Both the position numbers and the translations under genes were made by a program. From an uncultured Eubacteriales bacterium (GTDB lineage Bacteria > Bacillota > Clostridia > Oscillospirales > CAG-272): 64,000 nucleotides of DNA. Where the stretch lies: assembly GCA_948467545.1 (NCBI GenBank), contig CAOKER010000001.1, positions 287,477 through 351,476 of the forward strand, given 5' to 3'. Positions 54,271-63,309 of the stretch are shown in pieces. The notes under the pieces are model-generated. The model saw nothing but the letters and a program-made list of their open reading frames with translations, was not told the origin of the DNA and ran no database searches. Positions within the stretch are counted from its first letter, which is position 1. Each line of letters begins with the position of its first letter.

Positions 54271-54534
54271 ATGATTTATATTTTAGCAAGAACAGCCCGG
54301 CTTATTATCAGAGCTTTTGAACTTTTTATGTTTTTACGGGCGGTTTTGTCCTGGATTATGCCGCCGGATTCAAATAAGGTTACGGTATTTTTGTATAACA
54401 TTACGGAACCGATAATAAGTCCGGTGAGAAGTTTTCTGAGTCGGTTTGAATTTATAAGAAATTTTCCTATAGATATTTCCTTTCTTGTAGTTCTGATAAT
54501 TCTTGAATTTGTACAAAGACTGCTGTATTTTTGA
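54271..54534 (+). CDS. yggT: YggT-family membrane protein
   Basis: 87 aa, two TM helices, ..FLRAVLSWIMP..EPIISPVR.. motif. Conserved ylm cluster position. Confidence 0.85.
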   Translation: MIYILARTARLIIRAFELFMFLRAVLSWIMPPDSNKVTVFLYNITEPIISPVRSFLSRFEFIRNFPIDISFLVVLIILEFVQRLLYF

Positions 54535-54584
54535 TGATTGTACTGATGTGTTTCTGTAGGATTTCCGTCTGAGAGGTTTGTTTA

Positions 54585-55550
54585 GTGGACTTATCGTTTT
54601 TTTGTGATAGAATAGACGATTTGATAAAAGCGGCGGGAAAGCGCGGCTTTGCCTGTACAGGTTTTCTTGATACGGAGCATCAGAAATATGCTTCTGATTA
54701 CTTGAAGGTAAATACCGGAAGGCTGAGAGGCATAAGATATTTATTTTACGGAGGGTACAGCGGAGCGGAACGGCGTATGCTTGTTTTGTTTGCTCCTGCC
54801 TTTTGCTGTTATTTTTATAGGTGCGGCAAGTGTGAAAATGTACCTGACGGTGCAGATTTTTCAGATATTCTTTCGGAACGCGGTATTTCTGATGACACCG
54901 ATTTGGATATTTATAATGACAATGAAAATTTTTGTATTGACAATTTAGGCAGTAATATATCTGTTTCTGACGGACGGGATGATTTTTCTGTGGGCAGAGA
55001 TTGTCCGGCTGCAGCTTGGATGGGACTTAAGGCTGTTGCGGTCAGCGGCAGCGGCTATGCGAAACTTAATCATCGTTCGTATATGGGAGCGGTTCTTGCA
55101 TTGGGTCTTTCGAGGGACACAGTAGGGGATATAATTGTAAAAAACGATCATGAAGCGATTATAATTACCGCGCGGGCGGCTGCTGAACTTTTACTTTCAC
55201 AGCCGCCTGTTTTGAATTATGTGGGAAGGGATAAAGTCAGTCTTGAGGAAATAAAGCTGGATGATGATTTTGCTTTTGATAGAAATTATTCAAAAGTGAT
55301 TATCTCTGTTGCTTCAGCTCGTATTGATGCAATTGTTTCGGAGCTGACCGGAATGTCGCGTGAAAAGGTTAAAAAAGCGGTTTCCGGCGGTGAGGTTATT
55401 TTGAATTGCTTACCGGTGGAAAGCTTTGATGCAAGAGTTTTTCCCGGAGATGTTGTGTCGGTTCGCAGGTACGGAAAATTTAGAATATCGGATTTTGCCG
55501 GAAAAACCAAAAGAGGCAGATTGCGTCTTTTAGTTTTGAAGTATATTTGA
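54585..55550 (+). CDS. ylmH: YlmH-like S4-domain RNA-binding protein
   Basis: C-terminal S4 domain (ARIDAIVSELTGMSREKVKKAVSGGEVILN). Conserved position between yggT and divIVA. Contains a nonconserved Cys-rich insert near aa 70-140. Confidence 0.75.
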   Translation: MDLSFFCDRIDDLIKAAGKRGFACTGFLDTEHQKYASDYLKVNTGRLRGIRYLFYGGYSGAERRMLVLFAPAFCCYFYRCGKCENVPDGADFSDILSERGISDDTDLDIYNDNENFCIDNLGSNISVSDGRDDFSVGRDCPAAAWMGLKAVAVSGSGYAKLNHRSYMGAVLALGLSRDTVGDIIVKNDHEAIIITARAAAELLLSQPPVLNYVGRDKVSLEEIKLDDDFAFDRNYSKVIISVASARIDAIVSELTGMSREKVKKAVSGGEVILNCLPVESFDARVFPGDVVSVRRYGKFRISDFAGKTKRGRLRLLVLKYI

Positions 55551-55594
55551 TTATATATTGAATTATTTAGATAGTAAAAAGGACGGATAAATTT

Positions 55595-57052
55595 ATGCTT
55601 CCTCCACATGAGATTAAAGCAAAAAGTTTTACACATGCGATTCGCGGATACAGTGCAGAAGAGGTTGACGAATACGCAGAATTTGTTCTAAAAAAATACA
55701 CGGAGCTTTACAGGGAAAACGATGCACTTGAAACAAAAATAGCTCAAATGGAAAGTGAGCTTGAAAAGTATCGTTCGGACGAAGAATCTATACGGAATGC
55801 TCTCGTCGAAGCTCAGCGGTCGAGTATCAAGCTTGTAGATGAGGCGAATGAACGGGCGGAAATAATACTGCATTCGGCAAAGCTGAACTGTGACAGAATA
55901 CTTTCCGAGTTCAGGAGTGCTGTAAAAGAAGAGCGTGATGAATTGCTGCTTCTTCGAGGTATGGTAAAGAAATTTAAGGAAGAATTGTTTATCGCATATC
56001 AGACACATATAGAATATATAGAAAAGATTGCGCCTGAGCTTGACTCGCTCGACGAAGCGGAATTCTCCGACGAAGCGATTATTCGTTTGGCGGTCGAGAG
56101 TATAAAGTCGGATATTATTAATAATCACGGGAACAGCGTGTCCGAGGAAGCGGAGGAGATTATATCTGCGGAAAACGTAGAAACTTCAGGCAGTGTTCAT
56201 ACCTCAAACAGTGTTTGCACTTCAGATAGTGTTTGTACTTCAGATAGTGTTTGTACTTCAGATGGTATTCATGCTTTAGACGGTGCTCGTACCTTAGACA
56301 ATGCTCATAACTCGGATGAGGCAGATAATGTTAAAAGCTCATACGGCGCGGAAAATGCAGATTACGGTAATACGGGCGAATTTTTTACGGCGTCGGATGC
56401 AGAAAAAGAAGCAGATTTGGATTTGAAAAAAGATTCGGTTCAGGTTTCTGAGAAAACTGTTCTGAATAATTTGTCGGATAGGACCGATTCTTCCGTTGAA
56501 AGCGTTGAAAATAAAGAGCAGTATATTTTTTCGGACGATACAGAGACATCGGAAGAACTTATCGGAAATAAAAAATCTGATTACGGATCGAAAGAGCATA
56601 AATCGGATTTTGCAGCGAGAACTGAGTACGATGAAAACGATCTTGTTGCAGAGATAATGAATACGGACTCCGATTCTTTATCTGATGTGGTGAATAAGCT
56701 TGAAAATGACATAACATTTGGAGACCTGAACAGCCGGACAGAAAATTTGAAAGAGGATGCGGAAACTGTCCGAAATGATTACTCTGCGGTAAAACGGCTT
56801 GAAGAATTTGAATCGTATAATGAGTCTGATTCCGTACTTGGTTTATCGCGCGAAAAATTTTCAAACGAACACGACAGGAAAAGCTACGATGATAGGTCTG
56901 ATGAATTTCTTCGCACGCCTGACGAATCTGACATTGATTCAAAGCCAGATGAAACGATCGATGGTTCGGATGAACTTTCCTTTTTAAGAAAAGAAGAGGA
57001 AGACGACGATAAGGATTATCTTGACTTTCTCAGGGATATTACAAAAGGATAA
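55595..57052 (+). CDS. divIVA: DivIVA-domain protein with long acidic repeat-containing C-terminal extension
   Basis: N-terminus MLPPHEIKAKSFTHAIRGYSAEEVDEYAEFV is the DivIVA lipid-binding domain plus coiled coil. About 300 aa of D/E/S-rich tail follow. Confidence 0.85.
   Translation: MLPPHEIKAKSFTHAIRGYSAEEVDEYAEFVLKKYTELYRENDALETKIAQMESELEKYRSDEESIRNALVEAQRSSIKLVDEANERAEIILHSAKLNCDRILSEFRSAVKEERDELLLLRGMVKKFKEELFIAYQTHIEYIEKIAPELDSLDEAEFSDEAIIRLAVESIKSDIINNHGNSVSEEAEEIISAENVETSGSVHTSNSVCTSDSVCTSDSVCTSDGIHALDGARTLDNAHNSDEADNVKSSYGAENADYGNTGEFFTASDAEKEADLDLKKDSVQVSEKTVLNNLSDRTDSSVESVENKEQYIFSDDTETSEELIGNKKSDYGSKEHKSDFAARTEYDENDLVAEIMNTDSDSLSDVVNKLENDITFGDLNSRTENLKEDAETVRNDYSAVKRLEEFESYNESDSVLGLSREKFSNEHDRKSYDDRSDEFLRTPDESDIDSKPDETIDGSDELSFLRKEEEDDDKDYLDFLRDITKG
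56186..56329 (+). repeat. Eight in-frame 18-bp tandem repeats inside divIVA ((S/L)(D/G/N)(S/G/N)(V/I/A)(C/H/R)(T/A) hexapeptides)
   Basis: Units start at 56186 and every 18 bp. Three central units are nearly identical (TCAGATAGTGTTTGTACT). Confidence 0.9.
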
Positions 57053-57185
57053 GAGTTTGTTACAAACAAATAAAAATTATTGCCGGCTGCTTTCCGCCGA
57101 GAGCTGTGCGGCATTTCAAAGGGGATATACCTCGGCTTGCTTATGCAAAATATCTTAGATTTTCGGCGGAGAAACGGAATGCAAA

Positions 57186-59957
57186 ATGCCAAAGGACTAT
57201 ACCGGGACACTAAATCTTCCCAAGACCGGATTTTCGATGAGAGCCAATCTTTCACAGCGCGAGCCTGAAATGCAGAAGCGTTGGGAAGAAAATAATATAT
57301 ACGAAAAGATGCTCGAAAGGAATGAGGGCAGGCCTGCCTATATTCTTCATGACGGACCTCCGTTTTCAAATGGAAATATCCATATGGGAACTGCGATGAA
57401 TAAGGTACTTAAGGATTTCATCAATAAATATAAGTCTATGAGCGGCTATCGTGTCGCCTATCGTCCGGGATGGGATAATCACGGAATGCCTATAGAGAGT
57501 GCTATTATTAAGCAGAGTAAGCTCGACCGAAAAAGAATGACTGTCCCGGAATTCCGGAATGCCTGCCATGCTTTTGCCGATAAATTTGTGAAGCTGCAGA
57601 TGTCGCAGTTTAAGCGTCTCGGCGTACTTGGTGAATGGGATGATCCGTATCTTACAATGAGTCCCGATTTTGAAGCACGCGAAATACAGGTATTCGGTGA
57701 AATGTTCAAAAAGGGATATATTTATAAGGGACTTAAACCGGTATACTGGTGCCCGCATGACGAAACGGCGCTTGCAGAGGCTGAAATTGATTATAAAGAT
57801 GTCGACTGCTCATCTATATATGTCAAGTTTAAGCTATGTGATGACCTTGGGAGCGGCAAGCTTGCTTCTGTAGACCGTGATAACACTTATTTTTTGATAT
57901 GGACAACAACCGCATGGACTCTTCCCGGCAACCTTGCAATTGCCGTGCATCCGCGCGAGGAGTATGTTGCCGTTAAAGCTTCAAACGGAGAGACATATAT
58001 TCTTGCCGAAGCACTTTGTGAAAACACAATGAAAGCCGGAGGGATAGACAGCTATGAGATTGTGGCTTCATTTACCGGCAGTGATCTTGAATATATGAAG
58101 GCTCGGCATCCTTTCCTTGACAGAGACTCGGTTCTTCTTTGCGCTGAATATGTTACTATGGAAAGCGGTACTGGATGTGTTCATACCGCTCCCGGTTTCG
58201 GTGCAGACGACTATATGACGTGTATGCGTTATAAAATGGATATTATAGTTCCTGTCGACGACAAGGGGTATCAGACCTCCGATGCAGGAAAGTATGCCGG
58301 AATGTACTATGAAGAATCCGGCGACGCAATAATAAACGATATGCAGGAGAGCGGCGCACTTTTTGCAACCGAAAAAATAACTCACTCTTATCCGCATTGC
58401 TGGCGTTGCAAGCATCCGATAATTTTCCGTGCAACCCCGCAGTGGTTCTGCTCCGTGGAAGCATTCAGAGACGAAGCGATAAAGGCTTGTGAGGATGTAA
58501 ACTGGATGCCGTCATGGGGCGGTGAGCGTATGGCGCAGATGATTCGTGAGCGTGCTGATTGGTGTATTTCCCGCCAGCGTCACTGGGGACTGCCGATTGC
58601 GGTATTTTACTGCTCGGACTGCGGAGAGACGGTCTGCACAGACGAGACGATTTCAAAAGTTTCACGTTTGTTTGCGGAAAACGGTTCTAACATCTGGTAT
58701 GAAATGGACGCTTCCGAGCTGATTCCCGATGGGTTCAAGTGTCCGAAATGCGGAGGTGTGCATTTTACAAAAGAGACGGATACGCTTGACGGATGGTTTG
58801 ACTCAGGCTGTACGCACTTTGTAAGTTTGGAAAACCGTCCGGGAATGGAGTGGCCGGCAGATTTGTATCTTGAAGGCGCTGATCAGTATCGGGGATGGTT
58901 TCAGTCGTCTCTGCTTACCGCTGTCGGAGCAAAGGGACAGGGCGCGCCGTATAAGGCTGTGCTTACCCACGGATGGGTTGTTGACGGAGAGGGAAAGGCG
59001 ATGCACAAATCGCTCGGTAATTCCGTGCTTGCCGAAGACGTTGTGAAAAAATACGGAGCGGATATTCTCAGATGCTGGGTTGCGTCAAGCGATTATCGTG
59101 TCGATGTCCGCGTTTCGGATCAGATTTTAGGGCAGCTCGGAGAAATTTACCGTAAAATACGCAATACAGCAAGGATACTTCTTGCCAATCTCAGTGATTT
59201 TAACCCTGACCTTGATATGGTTCCTGTAGATGAGCTTGAGGAAATAGACAAGTGGATTATTTCCGGAATGAATAAGCTTGTCGGAAGATCGGTCGAAAAT
59301 TATGATTTATTTGAGTTTCACAGTGTTTTCCATGACATCAGCAAATTCTGCACTGTGGATTTATCAAAGCTTTATGTAGACATAACAAAAGATCGCACGT
59401 ATGTCGAGGCGGCTTCGTCAAAAACGAGACGCTGTGTTCAGACAGCAATGTATATTGTGCTGTCATCTCTAACGAGATTGCTTGCGCCGCTGCTTACGCA
59501 CACTGCCGATGAGATTTGGCTTGCAATGCCGCATCTTGCAAACGATGATATAAGGTGTGTTCTTTTGAACGATATGCCTGTGTATGATGAGCATTATGTA
59601 TTCGAAGATATAGAAAAACATTGGGACAAACTTTTTGAGCTGCGCGACGATGTAATGAAGGAGCTTGAGAATGCCCGTGCGGAGAAGATAATCGGCAAGT
59701 CTCTTGAAGCACAGATCGAGATAACGGTAAGCGGAGAAAAATACGATCTTTTAAACAGCTTCTGCGATAAGCTTGCAGCCGTTTTCATTGTTTCCGGCGT
59801 GAAACTTATAAACGGCGGAGGGGAAGAGCTTTCTGTAAAGGTAATGCAGGCTGACGGTGAAAAGTGTGACAGATGCTGGATGTATACCGCTGACGGAGAA
59901 AAGACGGAGGACGGTTATTTATGTGCTCGCTGCCTGAAGACGATAAAAGAGATTTAA
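57186..59957 (+). CDS. ileS: Isoleucine--tRNA ligase (type 1, with C-terminal Zn finger)
   Basis: 923 aa. HIGH-type PFSNGNIHMGT, KMSKS-type KAMHKSLGN, CP1 editing region, C-terminal CDRCW..CARC. Confidence 0.95.
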   Translation: MPKDYTGTLNLPKTGFSMRANLSQREPEMQKRWEENNIYEKMLERNEGRPAYILHDGPPFSNGNIHMGTAMNKVLKDFINKYKSMSGYRVAYRPGWDNHGMPIESAIIKQSKLDRKRMTVPEFRNACHAFADKFVKLQMSQFKRLGVLGEWDDPYLTMSPDFEAREIQVFGEMFKKGYIYKGLKPVYWCPHDETALAEAEIDYKDVDCSSIYVKFKLCDDLGSGKLASVDRDNTYFLIWTTTAWTLPGNLAIAVHPREEYVAVKASNGETYILAEALCENTMKAGGIDSYEIVASFTGSDLEYMKARHPFLDRDSVLLCAEYVTMESGTGCVHTAPGFGADDYMTCMRYKMDIIVPVDDKGYQTSDAGKYAGMYYEESGDAIINDMQESGALFATEKITHSYPHCWRCKHPIIFRATPQWFCSVEAFRDEAIKACEDVNWMPSWGGERMAQMIRERADWCISRQRHWGLPIAVFYCSDCGETVCTDETISKVSRLFAENGSNIWYEMDASELIPDGFKCPKCGGVHFTKETDTLDGWFDSGCTHFVSLENRPGMEWPADLYLEGADQYRGWFQSSLLTAVGAKGQGAPYKAVLTHGWVVDGEGKAMHKSLGNSVLAEDVVKKYGADILRCWVASSDYRVDVRVSDQILGQLGEIYRKIRNTARILLANLSDFNPDLDMVPVDELEEIDKWIISGMNKLVGRSVENYDLFEFHSVFHDISKFCTVDLSKLYVDITKDRTYVEAASSKTRRCVQTAMYIVLSSLTRLLAPLLTHTADEIWLAMPHLANDDIRCVLLNDMPVYDEHYVFEDIEKHWDKLFELRDDVMKELENARAEKIIGKSLEAQIEITVSGEKYDLLNSFCDKLAAVFIVSGVKLINGGGEELSVKVMQADGEKCDRCWMYTADGEKTEDGYLCARCLKTIKEI

Positions 59958-60598
59958 CTCAGACAGAAGCCTCCGTCGAGGAAACGGAGAAGGCGGTAAA
60001 GGGCGAATCTGAATTGTCGGAGCTGCATTCAGAATCTGAAATGACAAATAAGAATTCGGCTGAAGTCAATGACAAAAACGATTCGATTGCCGAGGTGTCT
60101 CAGGAGCAAGAGAAAAACTCCGGAAGCCTGAAAATATGGCTTTTTACTGCGGCTTGCGTTGTACTGATTGATCAGATTTCAAAGCTTTTGGCCAAGAGAT
60201 TTTTGGAACCGGTGGGGGATTTTCCGATTATCGGCGGCGTTCTGCACCTGACATATGTTGAAAATACGGGAGCGGCATTCGGTATTCTCAAGAACCACCG
60301 CTGGATTTTTATGTCGGTATCCTGTGTGGCTGTTTTAGCTTTGCTCGTCTATTTGGCGGTTGCAAGGAACAGCACAGGTATGCTTGGCGGTATTTCGCTT
60401 GCTATGATTATCGGCGGCGGTATAGGAAATATGATCGACCGCGTATTGTCCGGATATGTTATTGATTTTATTAATTTTGAACTGATTGATTTCGCAGTGT
60501 TCAATATAGCGGATTCGGCGGTATGTATAGGCGCTGTTTTGCTTATTGTCTATGTACTTTTTTTAGACAAAAGGGATGCCCGGAAAAGGGATGCTTAG
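59921..60598 (+). CDS. lspA: Lipoprotein signal peptidase II with ~65-aa acidic N-terminal extension
   Basis: Core NTGAAFG, GGGIGNMIDR, FNIADS motifs. The ATG at 59921 has GGAGGA 8 nt upstream and overlaps the ileS end by 37 nt. An alternative start is ATG 60041. Confidence 0.85.
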   Translation: MCSLPEDDKRDLTQTEASVEETEKAVKGESELSELHSESEMTNKNSAEVNDKNDSIAEVSQEQEKNSGSLKIWLFTAACVVLIDQISKLLAKRFLEPVGDFPIIGGVLHLTYVENTGAAFGILKNHRWIFMSVSCVAVLALLVYLAVARNSTGMLGGISLAMIIGGGIGNMIDRVLSGYVIDFINFELIDFAVFNIADSAVCIGAVLLIVYVLFLDKRDARKRDA

Positions 60599-61520
60599 GA
60601 AAATGTCGGGAAACAATTTAAGGCTTGATGTTTATGTTGCGGAACGCGAAGGTATTACGCGTTCCGCTTCTCAAAAGCTGATAGAGGCCGGGTATGTTTT
60701 GGTTAATGGAATTCCGCACGAAAAGAGGTATTCTGTCAAACCGGAGGATGAAATTGAAGTAATACAGTGTCCGCTGTGCGAGACCGATATAAAACCGGAG
60801 AATATACCTCTTGATATTTTGTACGAAGACGACTGCCTGCTTGTGGTAAATAAGCCGAAGGGAATGGTTGTTCATCCGGCAGCGGGTAATCCTGACGGAA
60901 CTCTTGTAAATGCACTTCTTTATCATTGTGCAGATTCTCTTTCCGGAATCGGTGGGGCCGTCCGACCGGGAATCGTTCATCGCATTGACAAGGATACGAG
61001 CGGACTTTTGCTTGTCGCCAAAACCGATTCTGCTCATGTTTTTTTATCTGAACAGTTCAGCTCGCACAAAATGGGAAGGATCTACGAGACTATTGTATCG
61101 GGAAATATAAAAGATGATTGCGGTACTGTAAACGCTCCGATCGGAAGACATCCTTCAAACCGAAAAAAAATGGCTGTTGTTGCGGCGGGCAAAGAAGCAG
61201 TGACGCATTATAAGGTCGAAGAGCGTTATCCTCCGTTAAACGGCGGACAATCCTATACAAGGCTTTCCGTACGTCTTGAAACCGGTCGAACTCATCAGAT
61301 AAGAGTTCATATGTCTTATATCGGACATCCGGTTCTCGGCGATACTGTATACGGCGGCGACAGGAGCGTTATTGCAAAAAAGTATGCCTCTGTTCTGCGC
61401 GGTCAGTGTTTGCATGCGCGTACAATTGAATTTGAACATCCGTTGACACATAAAATTATGTCCTTTGACAGCGGACTTCCCGATTATTTTTATGAGCTTC
61501 CGTTCAAAATTGAAGAGTGA
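60576..61520 (+). CDS. rluD: RluA/RluD-family 23S rRNA pseudouridine synthase
   Basis: S4 domain (RLDVYVAE..SASQKLIEAGYVLVNG) and catalytic HRIDKDTSGLLLVAKT. Start uncertain (60576, 60591 or 60603). Confidence 0.9.
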   Translation: MPGKGMLRKMSGNNLRLDVYVAEREGITRSASQKLIEAGYVLVNGIPHEKRYSVKPEDEIEVIQCPLCETDIKPENIPLDILYEDDCLLVVNKPKGMVVHPAAGNPDGTLVNALLYHCADSLSGIGGAVRPGIVHRIDKDTSGLLLVAKTDSAHVFLSEQFSSHKMGRIYETIVSGNIKDDCGTVNAPIGRHPSNRKKMAVVAAGKEAVTHYKVEERYPPLNGGQSYTRLSVRLETGRTHQIRVHMSYIGHPVLGDTVYGGDRSVIAKKYASVLRGQCLHARTIEFEHPLTHKIMSFDSGLPDYFYELPFKIEE

Positions 61521-61567
61521 TATGTCTTTTATTTGTGAAAAGCTGCTTTTAAAATTCTCCGCACTGT

Positions 61568-61645
61568 GCAGCTTTCAAATTTATCTGCGATATGTAGCTT
61601 TCAAATTTATCTGCAATATGCTGTTTTCAAAGCCGCAGCTTTTCG
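61568..61645 (+). repeat. About 2.5 tandem copies of a 26-bp repeat (GYAGCTTTCAAATTTATCTGCRATAT)
   Basis: 61568..61593 and 61594..61619 differ at 2 positions. A degenerate third unit lies at 61620..61645. Confidence 0.85.
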
Positions 61646-61735
61646 TTCGGTAAATTTATTTTTAATGTATCTGACGGTGGTCTGAGACAAAAAGAAAGAT
61701 GTTCTTGCTTTCACATCGACAGATTTCCACCGGCC

Positions 61736-61810
61736 TTTTTCAGTGGCGGGACAATATACTGCCGAAGCTGCCCATGCGGCTTTTTGCACCTTTTTGAAAA
61801 CAAACTTTGA
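61736..61810 (+). repeat. Dispersed intergenic repeat, shortened copy K
   Basis: CCACCGGCCTTTTTCAGTGGCGGGAC..CTGCCGAAGC..GCGGCTTTTTGCACCTTTTTGAAAAC. Confidence 0.5.
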
Positions 61811-61879
61811 ATTTTTTGTTATGCATAAAACTTGTAGTATGATTCTGACGATAGATACAGAAAAGGGAATGGTTGTTAA

Positions 61880-63007
61880 GTGAGTTCTTTCGGCTTAAAA
61901 AATGCATTGATTTATGATTCCGATAAGGAAGAATTTATATCCGGCGGAATCGAGGTAAGAGACGGCGTTATTATAAAGATTGGCGCTCTCTCTGAGAGTG
62001 AATTAAGCTGCGCACAGGATGTTGGCGGACGCAAAATAATTCCCGCAATGGTTGACGTTCATTCGCACGGGAGGGCCGGCATAGATTTTTGCGGAGCTTC
62101 CGAGAGAGAGCTTATGTGTCTGAAAGCGGCGTATGCCAAGGTTGGTACGGCAACGGTTGTTCCTACACTTGCTTCGGCAACGCAGGACGAGTGGAGAGCA
62201 ACCGTAGAAAATATTAAGAACTGCGGTTTTGATGCGATACATTTTGAAGGCCGTTACCTTGCTCCTAAAAAGCGAGGCGCCCACGCCCCGGAGCTTCTGA
62301 CACTTCCGAATTCTTCCGAGATGAAGGAACTTCTTGATCTTGCCGCAGATATGCATGTCCATGTATCATTTGCGCCTGAGCTTAAGGGTGGAATTGAATT
62401 TATTAGATTTTTATCGGAAAACAATGCTACGGCAGGTATCGCTCATACAGAGGCGACATATGAAGAGGCAATGGCGGCGGTTGAGGCGGGAGCAGTATCC
62501 TTTACTCATACCTTTAATGCAATGACCGAAATGTTTCACAGAGAGCCGGGAGCTGTCGGAGCGGCTTTGTCTTCAGGCAGATATGCTGAATTTATCTGCG
62601 ACGGAGTGCATGTTCATCCGGCTGTGATAAAGGCAGCTTATAACGCGGTGCCTCATGATAAATTTGTATTGATTACCGATTCTTTAATGGCGGCCGGGTG
62701 CGGCGACGGAGAGTATACCCTTGCAGGGCTTAGCGTGAATGTCAGCGGCGGAATTGCAAGGACGGAGGACGGAGCTATTGCCGGAAGCATGCTTGATCTT
62801 TTTACTGCTATGCGTAATCTTATGAGATTTACAGGCATATCTCTTGAGCAGGCCATACCGTGTGCAACTTCTAATCCGGCAAGAATGCTGTCGCTTGATA
62901 AAATCACGGGCTCTCTCAAAGTCGGACTGCGCGCAGATATGATTGTTCTTGACGGCTGCGAAAATGAAATTTCGGGCGTATATGCGAACGGTAATTTGGT
63001 AAATTAA
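61880..63007 (+). CDS. nagA: N-acetylglucosamine-6-phosphate deacetylase
   Basis: GTG start. Amidohydrolase metal motifs DVHSHG, FEGRYL, AHTEAT, HTFNAM, ITDS. Confidence 0.9.
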   Translation: MSSFGLKNALIYDSDKEEFISGGIEVRDGVIIKIGALSESELSCAQDVGGRKIIPAMVDVHSHGRAGIDFCGASERELMCLKAAYAKVGTATVVPTLASATQDEWRATVENIKNCGFDAIHFEGRYLAPKKRGAHAPELLTLPNSSEMKELLDLAADMHVHVSFAPELKGGIEFIRFLSENNATAGIAHTEATYEEAMAAVEAGAVSFTHTFNAMTEMFHREPGAVGAALSSGRYAEFICDGVHVHPAVIKAAYNAVPHDKFVLITDSLMAAGCGDGEYTLAGLSVNVSGGIARTEDGAIAGSMLDLFTAMRNLMRFTGISLEQAIPCATSNPARMLSLDKITGSLKVGLRADMIVLDGCENEISGVYANGNLVN

Positions 63008-63167
63008 TTACGAGAATGGTATTGCCCGAAAGATTAATTATACTGTACTGTTTTTTAGATTTTTGTTTGAGTGTTAAAACCGAATTTTATTTTTCTGCAG
63101 AGTTATGATAAGAAAAATATTTTTTGAGTTGAGGCTATGCTTCTGATTATAACTGAAATCAGGATGC

Positions 63168-63262
63168 TCTCGCCTTTGGCGCGGCGGGTTCCACGTTTTT
63201 TCGTCGGAGTGATGGTCAGATGCTTAATCGCCTCATGAAGACATTTTGCGTCTTATTGAATA
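63168..63262 (+). repeat. Dispersed intergenic repeat, copy D (nagA-metG spacer)
   Basis: CTCGCCTTTGGCGCGGCGGGTTCCACGTTTTTTCGTCGG..GAAGACATTTTGCGTCTTATTGAATATTG. Confidence 0.6.
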
Positions 63263-63309
63263 TTGAATAACTTTATTTTTAGCCGTGTACGGCGGAGTGG
63301 GGGAATGTA

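Noticed and set aside
57053-57185. T-box leaders upstream of ileS, and upstream of metG at 63008..63309
   Set aside because: The spacers contain no T-box sequence (AANNNGGGTGGTACCGCG), AG bulge or specifier-loop arrangement. The ileS spacer is also too short (~130 nt). The GC-rich parts are better explained as copies of the dispersed repeat.
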